From the NCBI RefSeq assembly GCF_000315625.1, contig NW_005434604.1:62001-126000 (forward strand): a stretch of 64,000 nucleotides of DNA, in the 5' to 3' direction. Numbering within the stretch: the first letter of the stretch is position 1; each line of letters begins with the position of its first letter. Positions 30,421 through 44,126 of this stretch are shown here, piece by piece. A model generated the notes under the pieces. That model did not search any database. It was not told the origin of the DNA and was given only the letters and a program-made list of their open reading frames with translations. This DNA comes from Guillardia theta CCMP2712 (taxonomy: Eukaryota > Protista > Cryptophyta). The translations under genes and the position numbers were made by a program.

Positions 30421-33420
30421 TTAGAGCTGGAGGGCGCGGCAGGCGCTGGTGGAAGTAGAGAAAGAAGACTTGGGAGAGACGCGAGAGACTCGGATGAGTC
30501 GCTGATGCGCGATGTCCTAGGAGAGAGGAGGGTCAGAGATGCGATGGGAGCGATGGGGGAGGAGAGGAGGGGGAACGTGAAGGAGGAAAGATTTCGAGCA
30601 GGGGAGAAGAAGGGGAGGAGGGAAGACAGAGGCGGCAACAAAGCTGTTGGGAAGGAGGAGAGAAGGAGAGGATAGGATTCGCTTTCACCTGCAACGTGTA
30701 CCAGAGGTTGGGGATCTTGCGGAGGAGAGGCCAGGCGTCCTCAAAGGAGAGAGCCAGCAGCTCGCTGCAGGAGCGTGAGTCGCTATCGACTGACAGCAGC
30801 GCAGGCAGGTGAAGAGAGACAATCCGGTGAGGAAGAAACGCAGCAGGAGCGAAGGCAACATCGCAGCATCCATAGCAACCTAGCAACCCAGCAAGACAAC
30901 GGGGCATCTGCATGCTCTGTCCTTCACCTCTTGTCAGTAGCGACGACATCTGCTGCCCGGCGGCATCGGTGAAGCGCTTCCTTGCGGGGGATCCCTGACG
31001 AGAGCATCTTGGCGATGTTGATGAAGCTCAGCTCTCCTACGCACTAAACAAAGAGTTAACTTCTCCACCCTGCTCCTCCTTCTGTCCTGCTCCTCCTTCT
31101 GCTCCATGCACCCACTCCTGGTCCTCGTCCTTGTCCTACTGTGCCCCTACTTCTGCCATTCCCCTCCCCCTGCTGCAACTTGCTCCTGCTCCTGCTCCTA
31201 CTCCTGCCATGCTCTTCCTACCTGCCCCTTGGTGAGCCGCTCAAGTTCCTTGTCGTTGAGGGTGCAAACCAAAGAGCCGGAGACGATGAAGTACATGGGG
31301 TCACCGGGAGAGCCTGTGGACGCGACGAGACATCACCTTGCGCGGTCTCGGGGCAGAGAGCCAAGGAGTACGCGAGGGATCGAGATGAGGGAGGAGTAGC
31401 AGCCGGGAGGGGCCACAAAGAGAAGGAAGAAGGAGGAGGAATGGGGAAGGGAGGGAGGGAGGGAGGGAGGGAGGGAGGGAGGGAGGGAGGGTGGGGACTG
31501 AAGAGGGGTGGGGGGGGACTTGGACGCAAACGAAGACGATGCCGAAAGAAGAAGGGGGTGCAAATTAAGAGATGAAATAGGAGGGAACCAACCTTTGCGG
31601 GTCAGGTATTGTCCTTCTTGGATGGTGACGGGCTTGAGCTTTTCCGCCATCATCCGGATCGCAGCATCGTCGACCTGGAAGGAGGCAGAGCTGTCAGAGG
31701 CCCAGAGAGGAAGAGGTCGAAGGAGACCCCTCGATCCTATCGTCTACCAGACTCTATCCTCACATTCTACACTCTCTCCTTCTCAGTTCACTGTCATTCT
31801 GTCCTACCCTCGCATGGTTCGTGGGCCCTTCTTGTCACTCCTGCTGTTTCTTTCTCCCACCTATCCTACCCTCCCCCCCCTTGTCTCTCCTCTCCTCTCC
31901 TCTGCTCTGCTCTCCTCTATTGTCTTCACCTTGCGGATAGTGAATGCCATGCACTTCTTCAGAGCCTGCATCGAGACTCAGCTTGGAGTAAGCTGGGGAG
32001 AGGGGGCTCTTACTACGACTCGGTCCTCCACGTCCTCTAACGCGCTCTTCAGGTCCTGCCCTCCTTGGCCACTTGGGATGGACATGTGATTGGTGATCGC
32101 CTTGGAGAGTGTCTGCGACATGTTGGTCAGGAGGCAGAGAGGGACAGCAGACGAGAAAGTTGAAGAGGCAAGTGAGAGGGGAAGAGGCGGCCGAATCAGG
32201 AGAAGACGAGGTAGAAGAGCAGAGACGGGAGAAGGCAGAACGAGGAGAGGAGGAGAGGAGACGTAGGAGGAGAGGGAGTGTTGAGGTAGGAAGGGAGGAA
32301 GGGGAAGGCAGCTCGTGAGTGCCTGCAGCATGGCGCACTGGTCGAGATCGAAAGAGGTCCTCGGCTCTGAGTCGAAGACACAAATTGTACCTACGGGCCT
32401 GGCGACGAGAGTGAGGAAAAGAGTCGGGGAAGGGAATGATAGGAGAGGATGAATGAGAGAAACAAGCTTGATGGGAGGAGGAGAGGAAAAGGAGGAGAGT
32501 CGAGGAGGATCAGAAGTGGGAGTAGCAAGGAAGAGAGATAGAGAGAGGATGAGGAGGAGGAGGAGGAGGAGGAGGAGGAGGAGGAGGAGGAGCATATGGA
32601 TTCAGGAATAGAAGTTTGGGTAGAAGAATGTGAGTCGGGGAGAAGGAGGAATTGAAGAAGGACAAAGAACAAAAATGCGGCAAGTGCATAAGTGAGTGTC
32701 AAAAGAACAACCAAGCGACTCCATTTCGAAAAATGTTGATAGGACACCCCGCGTAGAACTTGATCTGGTTGACACCAGCTGAAGCAGAAAACGTCATCTC
32801 ATATGAGGATGTAAACGCTGATTCTCACCAGTGCACAAGTCGTTGAACTTGAATCTTTCATCTTTCGATGTATCTACAATGGTGCTCGTCACGCGAGAAC
32901 GACAAGATAGCTGGGGAACGAACCTAGAACCACCAGCACACCCTTGGTGCTCTCCCTCTCATGCTCCTTTAAGATCGTGTGCGCACAGATGGAGATGTCT
33001 CTGTCTGCGGATCCTTGTCAACTAGCTGGGAGCTCACGAACTCCCCCTGCACTTACCAATGACATGCACGTCGTAGCCGATGGTGGCCTTGGACCACTGT
33101 CTCTCTGCGTCGATGAAGTTGATGGCGGCACTGAGCGTCCTAAATGCCCTCTGCTCGACGTCAGGTGCACAGCCCGACATCGAGCTCCTCCTCACTCACT
33201 TGCGCAAGTAAGGCAAACGAGTCAAACTCTGAATCTGCTGGCGTGTCCATGATCCCCAGCTCTTCAAGGACTGCGAGGAGGAGGCAGAGAAGATCCGAGT
33301 CAACCTGAGCTCACTCTCCCGTCGCCTCCTCTTGCTCTCACCTTTCAGCCTCCCTGCCTCGTCGGGCGGCGTCGGAGCAGGAACGTGCATCGGGTGCCTG
33401 CTCAACAGGATCATGGAGGA
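30421..33420 (-). CDS. GAF domain + cyclic-nucleotide-binding domain protein (5' end may extend towards ~34200)
   Basis: Spliced GAF: PAPTPPDEAGRLKVLEELGIMDTPADSEFD...INFIDAERQWSKA...RDISICAHTI...DTSKDERF...IKFYAGCPI...VGTICVFDSEPR. CNBD: LKPVTIQEGQYLTRKGSPGDPMYFIVSGSL...LTKGQCVGELSF...RAADVVA...LLALSFEDAWPLLRKIP. TAA at 30423-30421. Confidence 0.85.
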
Positions 33421-34891
33421 CGCAGACGTGCTCGCAGCCGACAGAGCAAGGAGGACAACACGCGACATCAGGCTGAGCCCATAAGACGCAAACGTAGCAG
33501 GAACGATAGAGGCAAAAGAGAAGCGCAGCAAGGCATGATCTTCTCTTCTTTCAGTGTGCATTCATATCAGATTTCGCGCGTGACAGCACCATGGCTTGAT
33601 GAGTTGACCATCTCCGTTCCATATCTCCGCATCCAAATCTTGATCTCCAAACGAGCCCTCATTCAAGGAGCTGAAGAAGTTTCAATATAGAGCACAACAC
33701 GCACTCCGTCTCCCTCCGTCACCTCTTTCTGTCCATGATGCGCAGCCCTCACAACGTCAACGATATCCGGAGGAAGGAGGAGATTCAGTGAGTCCCAGAG
33801 AACTGCTAATAGGATCAGTCTGGAGATGGTTGACAACTCAGCAAAGGGACTGTGGCAGGAGGATAAACACGATGGAAACATGGTGATAGGACAAACGTTG
33901 TGCCAACATACCTTCATTCCCTCGGAGCTAAACCACCTGCATGCCAACAACCTACTGTATCTGCGAAGCCGACCAATCAGTCTTGTCGCCGACTGAAGGA
34001 CAGCAAGGATGTTGATTCGCAGCACTCAAGGTATTCCGGGTGACTTCTAACAATCTAACGCTATCACTCCACTGATTGCTCACAGCGGAAGCTCGATCCC
34101 ATCCACTGACGTCCTCCTTGTCGTACCAGCCTCCACAGGTGTATTTCCCTGCACCACCTGCGGCCTCTTTTTGCTTCTGATGCTCCTCATTACATCTTGG
34201 CTACACTTCCCTCTAGGGCACCTCCTGGTAACTTCCTTCTCACTATGCCTGCTCCTGTCCTGTCCTCTCCTCTCTCCTCCTCACCCCCTAGACCCTCCCT
34301 TGCTGCTCCTCCGCTCCGCCCACCAATGCGGCATTCTCGACTGGCTTACAACTTAAAAATGCACAGAAGCTGATCTTTTAGCGATTTTGTACAATTGTAT
34401 ACAAAAGTGTTTACATATGAGTGATTATTTGAGTACAATAAACTTAAAAGATTTTAAGCAAGAGGTCAAAAGGGAACAGACTTGTCTCGTTTTTGATGGT
34501 TGCCATGGTAATATGACGAGGACACCGAGCAATCCGCCCCATGGCTGAGCAGAGTCAAGGAGGAGAAGTGTAGGGCGAAACCAGTCTTGGGGAGAAAAGT
34601 TGCAGAAGGACCCAGAGAAAGCTCCTCATTGCAGTGCAAATTGAATTATTACGTAGAATCTACTCGACCTTGCGATTACTAAGTGGAAAAGCTGGAAAAG
34701 CTGACAACTTGTCATAACTTTCACCCAAATGGCATCGTCTAAGGCAGATATACTTTCCGAATGACTGAGACCTGAAGATAGAAGAGGGCACACTCTGAAT
34801 GCAACAAGGGGCATAGCAAAAGTACACGTTATATTGCAGTGTGTTGATGATTTTCCTCTTTTTAAAGAACGAGTTCCTCTCTCCCAAGCTT

Positions 34892-37203
34892 TCATTTGTT
34901 TCCTTGGCTCGCAGGAAATTCGTTGGATCCTTGACCTTCACCAAGTGAGACGCTTCAACATGTCAAACATGCTCTCACCGAAGCTTCCGCGCGCGGCATG
35001 GTCGTTCTTTAGCATGGTATTTCCTCGTGACTGATTCTGCTAGACAGCGCGTGAATGAAGGACATCTTGTGAATGAAATCCCTCCTCTACCTGTCTGTTC
35101 TGCTCCAAGATCTGCTGGAAAGAGCGCATTCCAAAGGGGGGAGGAGGAACATTTGCCACGCCCTGAGACAGCGAGTTAGCGAGGAGAAGACCTTGGGATG
35201 AGGTCACATTGTTGGCGATGGGAGCCTGCTCTCCTGGCTTCCCTGGCGGGTGCGGCATGGCAAAGAGGGAGTTCTGCGGGCTCGACCATCAGATCATCGC
35301 ATCCTCCTGCAGTCAGCCAACCTGGAATGGGTTGAGGCCTGGCGCAAACATGTTGGGCTGGTGAGGCAGCTTGCCGACTTGGCTCGCATCCATGCCCTGG
35401 CAGGGGAGCAGGTCAGAGGAAGGGGTGGGAAGGCGCGATGCTGCCGCACCATCTGCATCATTTGCTGGTTCATCTGATCGTGCGGGATTTGCCCGTAGAA
35501 AGGTGGCCTGCCAAACAAGCATCAGCGCTGCTGAGAAGGGCTGAGTGACGCTGACGCTGTACTCACATGCCCCGGTGGAAGAAGGATGCTAGGAAAGGCG
35601 AGTTGGGATCCATCCTACAAACCTTTCAGTTCTTGAGCTCACGGTCGCTCAGTTCGCACCCCTCGGGAGCTCCTGCAACCGCACCGGCCGGTGGGATGGG
35701 CATGGACACTGCGACAAATCTCAATGCGACCACCGCAGGTTCGACATGCTGTACCGTAGCATCCTTTCTTATCGAGAGCGCAAGGAACGTGCTTGTACGG
35801 TCTTGGTCCTGTGAGAGAGAGGGGTAGTAAAGTCTGAAGACGGACTTTGGCGATGTATGTGCTGGGAATCAGCTTGTCGTGCTCCTGAAGCAGCTCTTTG
35901 TACACCTTTCTTAGCGTAACCTCAGTCAAGCCGGTAACCTAGAAGAGCATGGATTCAGAGGAGCACTCAAACAAACAGCCCTGGCGAACTCACCTTACAA
36001 ATCTCTGTTTGGGTTTTCTTCTGATCTTCTAGATTGCAAGCTAGGTAGATTGCAGCCGCCGCTATGCTGATAGGATTCCTTCGTGTGCATACATTGTGCG
36101 TTGTTGCATTCTCCCCGATTGTAATCGCGAGCTGTTCTGCTTGCCCTTGCATCCCAAGAACTCTGCAAAATTGGGGCATGTGGGAGCTCACTGGATGGTG
36201 TGTCATTTAAGAGAAACACATAACCGCCTGTCTGAACCTGAGGCAGTGCTAGACATGCTGCTCGAGTCCAGCGCTTGCTGAACAGCTTTGATACCCTGGA
36301 AACAGAGCAAGTGGGTTCCCGCACGGATGGATCAAAACTATAGCTCACCTGAATCAAATCCTTCTGTAAAAGCCCAGAGGCAGCCGCAAACTCTGGCAAG
36401 TCGCGAGCGCGATCAGCCTTCCTCATGACGAGAACAAGGGAGGCGATAGCAAGAGACTCGACATTCTTGCTCCGAAGGTTCGAAGAGGCGTCGACGAACT
36501 GTTTGAACAACCTGAGGGCCTCATCGATATCCACCCTCTTAATCCCCATCATCTCGCCGACGTCCAGCAGCTCGAAGTAAGCCACTAGGATGTACCGCAG
36601 TTTCGCATACCCCCCGCTGTCCTTCTTTGACTTGGGTTTCACGCCCGTCAGTGCTGCTGCTGCCTGCTGCTGCTTCGCTGAGACTGGGCAGTCCACATCC
36701 AGATCGTGCAGGAGGCGCTCCAGCTCCGCAAGATCGCCCGGAAAGGTTCGAGCCGTCAGCGTGAAGGCTCCTTGTTGCTGCAGGGAGACCTGGGAGAAGG
36801 CAGTGATGAAGCCAGCGGCATGAAAGGGATCTCCTTCAACGTTGGAGTCAAACCTGTAGAGCAGTGAATTTGTATCATCGTGAAACCAGATCAAGCCAAG
36901 GGTCAAAATTAGGATTCATATCAACAAACTCCATGATCAGCACAGATAGTCTCATATCATTCAGTCCATGAACACTACTCAACGATACAGCTGCACTCAC
37001 TTGTGCTTGGCTAATGAGTCGTTGACCACTGCACAGTATGGGCTCTCCCGCTCGAAGTTGATGTTTGTGACACGGTAATCATTGTATCTTTCCTCAAGAA
37101 TATGGTCGCAGGTCTCGCACTGTATTGTTTCGTTGGCTCTGTTCACCTTGAGGTCGGTAGATTTGCAAAACGCGCATTCCAAGCAAGAGCCTTTCATGCT
37201 CAT
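34892..37203 (-). CDS. PBRP1: Plant-type TFIIB-related protein (pBrp) with a P/Q/M-rich C-terminal extension
   Basis: Zn ribbon CAFC...CETC. pBrp-like motifs DPFHAAGFITAFS and FPGDLAELERLL. Cyclin repeats LRSKNVESLA, HMPQFC, CTRRNPISIAAAAIYLACNLEDQKKTQTEICK/VTGLTEVTLRKVYKELL closely match Arabidopsis pBRP1 as I recall it. Confidence 0.9.
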
Positions 37204-38670
37204 CGTGTATTATGAGATGGGTAACTGAGAAAGACTGTGGTCCCCGAAGCTTATTCTTGATCGGTTAGGTTGAAGCAGGACAGCAAAAGTCAAACCCTCA
37301 GCCTTCGTCCCTGTCTTGCAGCATCTATCTCCGTTACCCTTGTTCTCGTCCTACCTCCCTAAACACGTCCCCAGCTCTTTCACAAACCGCTGCTTTCCAG
37401 GACAAGCTGCCGCCCTTGGCTCTGTGTACCTCTCTTCCGTTCTCACTGTGTCTCACTCCACTTTCTGTGCGTGCCTTCCTCTTCCACCACTTCCCAGCCG
37501 CTGACCACCGGCGGCATGGCGGGGCCCTTGTAGTGGCGGGCGAAACGCTGGTACTAAGAGAGAAGCCGGTACCGATTCAGCGATTTACACAATACAAATT
37601 TAAAAACTATATGAGATTAAAAATATATATCGCATCCAAGTTGGCACAAAGAGGTAGACACAAAACGTTTAAAACTACATGTAATATATACAATTATTTT
37701 GAGTGATGGTAGGTGTGATATGTAAAAATGCATCTTGGCTCGTGTAACATGGTACAACTGTGGGGACATTTTACTTCACTTTCTTTTTAAAAGGATGGGT
37801 ATATTGAGATATACAACTCATTACTAAAAATCTTTTATTCTTAAAATATTATTTTAAAACCGCACGAAGGGGGGCGAACGGGCCCACCCCGCCATGAAAG
37901 CACCCCTACCACACCAAAAATTGGCCCAAAGGAGGGTGTCATGAACAAAGATTGAAAAAGTGGTGGGTGGGTGATCTTTAGTGAGGGTAGTCGACTTGCA
38001 ATTTGGGGTCTGCAAGGTTGAAAATAAGGGGTAGGGTAGTAATTACAGTCATTCCTTAGGTGGGTCCGGATGTCTCAGGTTGCAACTTCATGCTGTGAAG
38101 GAGGCGGTGCGAGAAAGAGACGAGGAGGAGGATGGCGACGCCGACGAGACATGAGACATGGAGGAGAACTGGGCTAAGATTGATGTCGAGCTGCCATGAC
38201 TTGTTGCGCCGAGGTGAGCAGAGGAACTTATGTGTGCGGGTGCGATGAAGTAAGAATACTGCAAGTGTTGTTCTGATTCCTCTGCATAAGAAAGGAATGA
38301 GCTCGTTAGTTAGTGTGCGATTGTTGCTGGATCTCGTGACAAATTGTGACGGAATGCTATCCCGAGTGTTTTTTCTTCTTTTTCTTCCTGTGCTCCCTAT
38401 CCTGATGCTCAGATCCGCTCCCCTGTATCGTCGCTGCTGCGCACGAAGTTTACACCCAGCTTCACATCTTTCTATTTCCCTCTGTATACACCTCCCCCCC
38501 TTCTCCGCTTTGATGCCATTCTTACGCCTGATTCGTGCTGACCTCTTCAACTTCGCAGGAGCAGGAGATATTCTACGTTCTCGGGCGTACAGCAAGTTCT
38601 TAGCACCTCCCAGCAGCTCACTTCCCTGCATGGACTGAGATTGCATTTCCTGCTATCAGCGCTGCTCAAC

Positions 38671-41600
38671 ATGGAAGCTGACGACACCCGAGGACCTCCG
38701 GAAAATGGTGGGGGGAAGAACACGATACTGAATCGCCTGCATCAAGTGCTGGCACGCGTCGGAGTTCGGAGCGGGCCCAAGGACGAGAGTCCGACGAACT
38801 CACCGAGTCACAGTTCCTTGTCCCGCTCGACGAGCGACGAGATCAGCCAGCCTAGCCTTCACCAGCACGAGTCGCTAGAGGTGGCGGACGGGAGGGTCTA
38901 CCAGCATGCGCTGTCGCAACTGAACTCCTCTCAACCCCTGGAGAGACGGCTGGAAGTTCTGGACGAGCTGAGTGAGCTGGTGAGACAGTATAAGTTCGAG
39001 GATCCTAGGGAGATTTGGCTGAACCTCAAGGACCTGATAGAGTCGTCTCGTCCCTATCACTCCAAGGAGAAGGTGATCAACTTCATTGGAGCGCTGTGCT
39101 CCGGCGACCCCAAGAATCCTGGGTGCAACTTCAACCGCCTTGGGGTCTTGAGATGTCATTTCTTTGCTATCGCACAGAATCAAGGGAGCAATCTGGGGAG
39201 GAAGCTGCAGCTGCAGCTTCTCTCGCACGTCACGAAAGGCGGGCAGAATGCGTCGCCCTTTGAGAGGGAGACTTGCGACTTGTTGATTGAGTGGTTGGAG
39301 GGCATCGCCACCGTTCAGAGCGACGAGGTGGACCACAAGTTTGGCTGCAAGCTCCTGATCTACTCCGCGACCTTTGTTAAGTACAACCCCGTCACTCTGT
39401 TGGATGACCAGTCGACGCGACTGCTGCAGGCCGTTTGCTCAGTTTGCGAGTCCAACTGCCAGGATTCCACTTCCAAAGAGGAGAATCAGGTTGCTCGGCA
39501 AGCAAACAGGATGCAGAAGCAGGATGAGGTGGTTGGCTGCTCCTCTACAGGCCTGAAATCCGAGGTCTGCTACGAGCTCATCAAATCCTGCCTGGCATTC
39601 TTCGACGTCGTCGCTCGCTACACGATGCCGCAGGAGAATTCGGTAAGGGCACTCTCCCGTCCTCCTCTGTTCCTCTCTTACTGTCACCTTGCAGGTGCGA
39701 ACTCTCACAGAGACTCTTTGCAGGGCGGTGAACGAGGCAAAAGTGAGCAAGGACTCGTGGCTGGTGATGCGGAGTGTCTTGATGGGAGCATATTGCAGTG
39801 TGGCCTTCAACCGCCTGCTCGACATTCTGCAGGAGCCCCCCCGCTCGAAATCAATCTTGCCAGCCACGAGTGTCTTGCACAAGGTGGCAGAGAGTGACTT
39901 TGATCCTGAGAGGCACACAAACAAGACAAGAGGTGCCATCTACCTTGTCAGCATGGCGGCCTGGGGGTCGTCGAAGGTCGAGTCGCTCAGCATGCTGTAC
40001 TCACGACAGGTGCCCTTACCCTGGGTCCTGATGAATTGCTGATCTTGTGATAGAGCATCTTGGAAGCGTTGCTGGCGTCCGTGGAAGCGAACCAGGAGCC
40101 GATCATCGCGCATGAAATCCTCCTTTCAGTGGATCGACTGCTCAAGACTTCGGGGAACACCCTCCGGTTCGAATGGACCGTCATCATCACCATGCTGCAG
40201 AGAATCGCTGCTGTCATGAACTTCTCCATCGGCCCTTCCGCCTCCTTCGTCAGCCAGAGCCCAAAAGCACGGATGGTGCAGGCCATAGATGCGTCTGAGA
40301 CTCAGCATGAACCTCAGGTGAAAACTGTCCTGCTTATTCCCTTCCCGCACCGCACTGATCAAGGACTGCAGAGGTTTGGGACTAATTATTCCAGGAGCCT
40401 GGATCAAGACAGTTTCATGGCCTTGTCACGGGCAGCCATGATGTCATCCTCGCAGAAGAACCTGCTCGTCTCCTCAGAGAGTTCTTTGACCAGCAGTCGG
40501 GCGAATCCAAGGGCCCAAGACGCCGCCATGAATCTGAAGACTTGTTCTGTGGAGCTCGAGGACCTGAAGCGAGTGTTAGCGACAATGAAAGCAATGCACG
40601 ACAGCGACATGTTTCAAGGGCTCGAGGCTGATTTCTATGGTTTGATTCGGATGGTGGTGGCGCATGTGCCGGAGCAGGTACGTCAGGATGATCCTGCACG
40701 CGACAGCATTAGCTGCCCACTGACTCCCTCGCAGCTGGCCCTGGAGTGTTTCGAACATCACATAGATCTGATATACCCCGCGCATCCTCTCTGGCTGCAA
40801 ACTCTGTCTGAGGTCATGTTCTCATTCTACAAGACCTGCACGTTCCCTGAAGTGAGAGTGCGCGCCCTGCAATCCCTCCAGCTGTTGCTGGAAGACTACA
40901 AGAGCATGTGAGCAAGCGTCCAGTGCCAGCATCCTTAAATGCTTGCTGTGACCTATAAACAGGTACGAGCAGGAGATCACAGATGTAGCCGTTGTTCCCT
41001 TCCTCGGGGACATCGCCACGGAAAAGAACGCCAAGGTGTGGAAGCAGGTAAGAGAAGGGATGCGGGCTCCGGCTACAAAGTGACAGAAACTTGTGGCCAG
41101 GGCCTTGAACTTCTCATCTACCTGGCAAAGCACATGAAATGCGACAGGTGAAAACGTTTGCAGATGCTGTCTCGTCGATCTCACTCTCCTCCCCTCCTGC
41201 TATCCTCCTCCAGATTCGAGGTCATCCTTCAGATCCTGCATGACGCGGCCAAGGTGGAAGGGAACGAGGATCTCCGGCTGGCAGCAGTGCAGGCGCTGAT
41301 GAGACTCCTCCCAGCTGCAGTCAAGCACCTTCCCACCTCGAGGTTCACGGCCCTCTGGGACAAGTTGCTGGGGCTTGCAGATCAGCCTGTTAGCCCCAAC
41401 CGCCTCAAGAGCGCTGCTGCTGACCCTGTCAAGTGCGAGATCCTCTCGTTGCTCACGTGCATGCAGAGGTTGACTTGTTTTTTCGGTGCTGCCCGTTCAC
41501 CTGCTAACCTGAGCCCCCAGCACCTCAAACTACCGACCGAAGCTTGAGATCCCCGGGGAGGAGGCATCGGTTTGCCCTTGCTCGCTTGCGCAGACGAGCA

Positions 41601-44126
41601 GCAAGCAGTCTAGCTCGTACGTCTCCCCTGCCTGATGATCTCCCTTGCTAACGAGCAGAAACTTCAGACATGGTGGAGGCAGCGAAGAAACGGCGAGGCT
41701 GATGATCGACACAGAAACCGAGAAGCTGTCCGACAACGTCCCGTCTGGGAGTCTGGGAGACAGAAATGTCAGCAACCAGAGCAGTCAGAGCGCGAGCGTG
41801 CGCTGCCACCTTGATGTCCAGCATTTGTTCGATACTCTCTTGACGTCCATCACAAGCGACAGAGTCAGCCAGCAGGAGTTCACCGTATGCACTGCAGGAT
41901 TGATCCGCTGCCTTCAGAACCATTTCATCTTCGATGGGCAGGACATCTTGCCCCTCTACCACCTGCTCCTTGAGCGTCTCCCCAGTCTGTCGTGGGGGCC
42001 AACAGGCAACAATCAATCTTCCAACATGAAAGACTTGGACGTGCAAAGCCAAGGAGAGAGTCAAAACAGGAACAAGAACTACAAGGCAGGATATCACCTG
42101 CTGGGACTGCTGTTGGGAGGATGGAACAATCAACTCGCAACCAAACATGTTCGGAGTGGAATACATGCTCTGACCTATGGCTTATATTCCGCGCACAACT
42201 CACAGCCTGGAAGGAATCTGAATGACTCTCAGGTGACGAATGATTTTTTTTGGTTGCTCTCGATGGTTTGACATGCGTCCTCCTTGATAGAATCCCAGCC
42301 CTGCCGCATCGCAGCCTCCCGACCCTGGCGAATTCTTTCAGCGCATCAAATGCAACGGGGAGGTGACTCTGACGTGTTTGGACTACCTCTCCATCTTCTG
42401 CGTCATATACCCCGATCTCATCCTCGAGCACCTGCCGGCCATGCTGACAATGGCAAAGTTGCTCGCCGACCGGCCCAACGAGACCACTCTCATCATCCAC
42501 TGCCTGGAGTACATGAAGTTCGTCGCTGTCAAGATTCCCGGCATGACAACCCCGATGCCTCATAACATGTTCAGGCAGGGCCTCGATGTCATGATCGTCT
42601 TCATCAACAAGAACCGTTGGGGAGGTCTGATAGCCAACCTGGCTGGCCGCGCGCTCTCGCTCTGGTGGATCCATACTCCTGTCATGCTGCGAGCGGAGTT
42701 CATCCGATCGGTCGCACAGCCGATGCTGCTGGACAGCGCGCACAAGGAAGACTCGATGAGTGCGATCATGCTGGACTTTTTCCTGCTCAACGACGACTCG
42801 AGCATGCGGAGCGTCGGCCTGCCCTACAACGACAACACGGAGGCCCTGTTCGACAGGGAGGGCGTGAAGAAGAAGACCTACGTGCTGAGAGACACATGCT
42901 TCACCATCCGGTCCACTCCCCTAGGCCTCATCGACCTCAAGACGAGAAGGGCAACGGACATGCGTCGCTGGGTCTTCTTCGCAGCTGTGGGAGGGAGTGG
43001 GATGGGGAGCTCCCACTGCAATCCCGTGGTCGCCATCGACGGGCTCCTCCACCTGATCTCTGCTACCCTGACTATCCGGGACGTCTCGCACATCGAAGTG
43101 CCTCAGGCTGAAGCAGAGGAAGAGGAGGGGCTGACGGGGAGGAGCGAGGAGGTTGAGGCTGCTGAGTCCAGGAATGGAAGTGAAATCCTGTCTTCAGCTA
43201 CTCCGCAGCTCTCGGCTGCCGATAAGAGGAGCAAGAGCCAGTCCCAGGAATGCCAAGTCAGCCCTGGAGGGCAGAGGAAGGGTTCGTCCTCAAGCTCCGC
43301 TCTGCCAGCGGCACCTGTTCCAGCGGCTGACTGCGAAGCTCCAGAGCCGGACCTGATCCTCATGGAGTGGAGGAGAGGACCGTTGGGGGAAGGGATCAAG
43401 GACAGCTCCCTGACTCCCTGCGAGCTGAAGCAGAGTGACGCTCTCAACCGGGCCATCCGCCTCCTCGATAACACCCCAGTCACCCTGACCCACAAGTTCG
43501 GCGTCATTTACATCGCCCATGGCCAGCGGACAGAGGCCGAGTTCCTGGCAAACACGGGAGGGAGCGCGAGGTACGAAGCCTTCCTGCGCGGCCTGGGTCA
43601 CTATGCGTCTCTGGTGGACTGCAATGATGACGTGTTCACGGGGGGGCTGGACCGGAGCATGCAGAAGCGAGACGGGGAGATCGCGCTGTTCTGGCGGAAC
43701 AGTCTGGTCCAGTGCGTCTTCTTCGTGGGTACCCTGATGCCCAACGAGGCGGGGGCAGAGCAGGTGAACAAGAAGAGGTTCATCGGCAACTCGCACGTCA
43801 AGGTCGTGTACACTGACTCGGACTACGGATTCTCCCTGGACTCACTGTCCGGCCAGTTCAACCTCGTCGTCGTCCTCCTCGTCCCCCTTGCCGACGGCTT
43901 CTTCCGCGTGTCTGTCCTGCGAGCGCCCTCGGTCCCTCTCATCGGCCCCGGGCTTGACTCCTTCCTAGTACCCGAAGAGTCTCTTCCCATGATCGTCCGC
44001 CGGCTGCTGATAGATGCGGACATTGCGGCTATGATCGCCTCTAACGGGGACGAGCAGTACTCGTCCAACTGGCAGGAACGGCTGAAACAGCTGAGGCTGA
44101 TGAAGCAGCGGCATCAGATGACGTGA
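38671..44126 (+). CDS. TSC2: Tuberin-like protein with C-terminal Rap/Ran-GAP domain
   Basis: Long helical N-terminus (LGVLRCHFF, SWLVMRSVL, RGAIYLVSMAAWGS). GAP domain RAIRLLDNTPVTLTHKFGVIYI..GQ.TE.EFLANTGGSARYEAFLRGLG, FTGGLD, FFVGTLMP, KKRFIGNSHVKVVY, SNWQERLKQL. Confidence 0.88.

Noticed and set aside
38056-38646. ORFs upstream of TSC2 on both strands
   Set aside because: The region looks like a 5' UTR with a pyrimidine-rich intron (GTGAG at ~38213); no protein motifs.
38671-44126. RalGAP alpha or Rap1GAP instead of tuberin
   Set aside because: The N-terminal motifs and the terminal SNW..RL fit TSC2 better; phylogeny is needed to exclude them fully.
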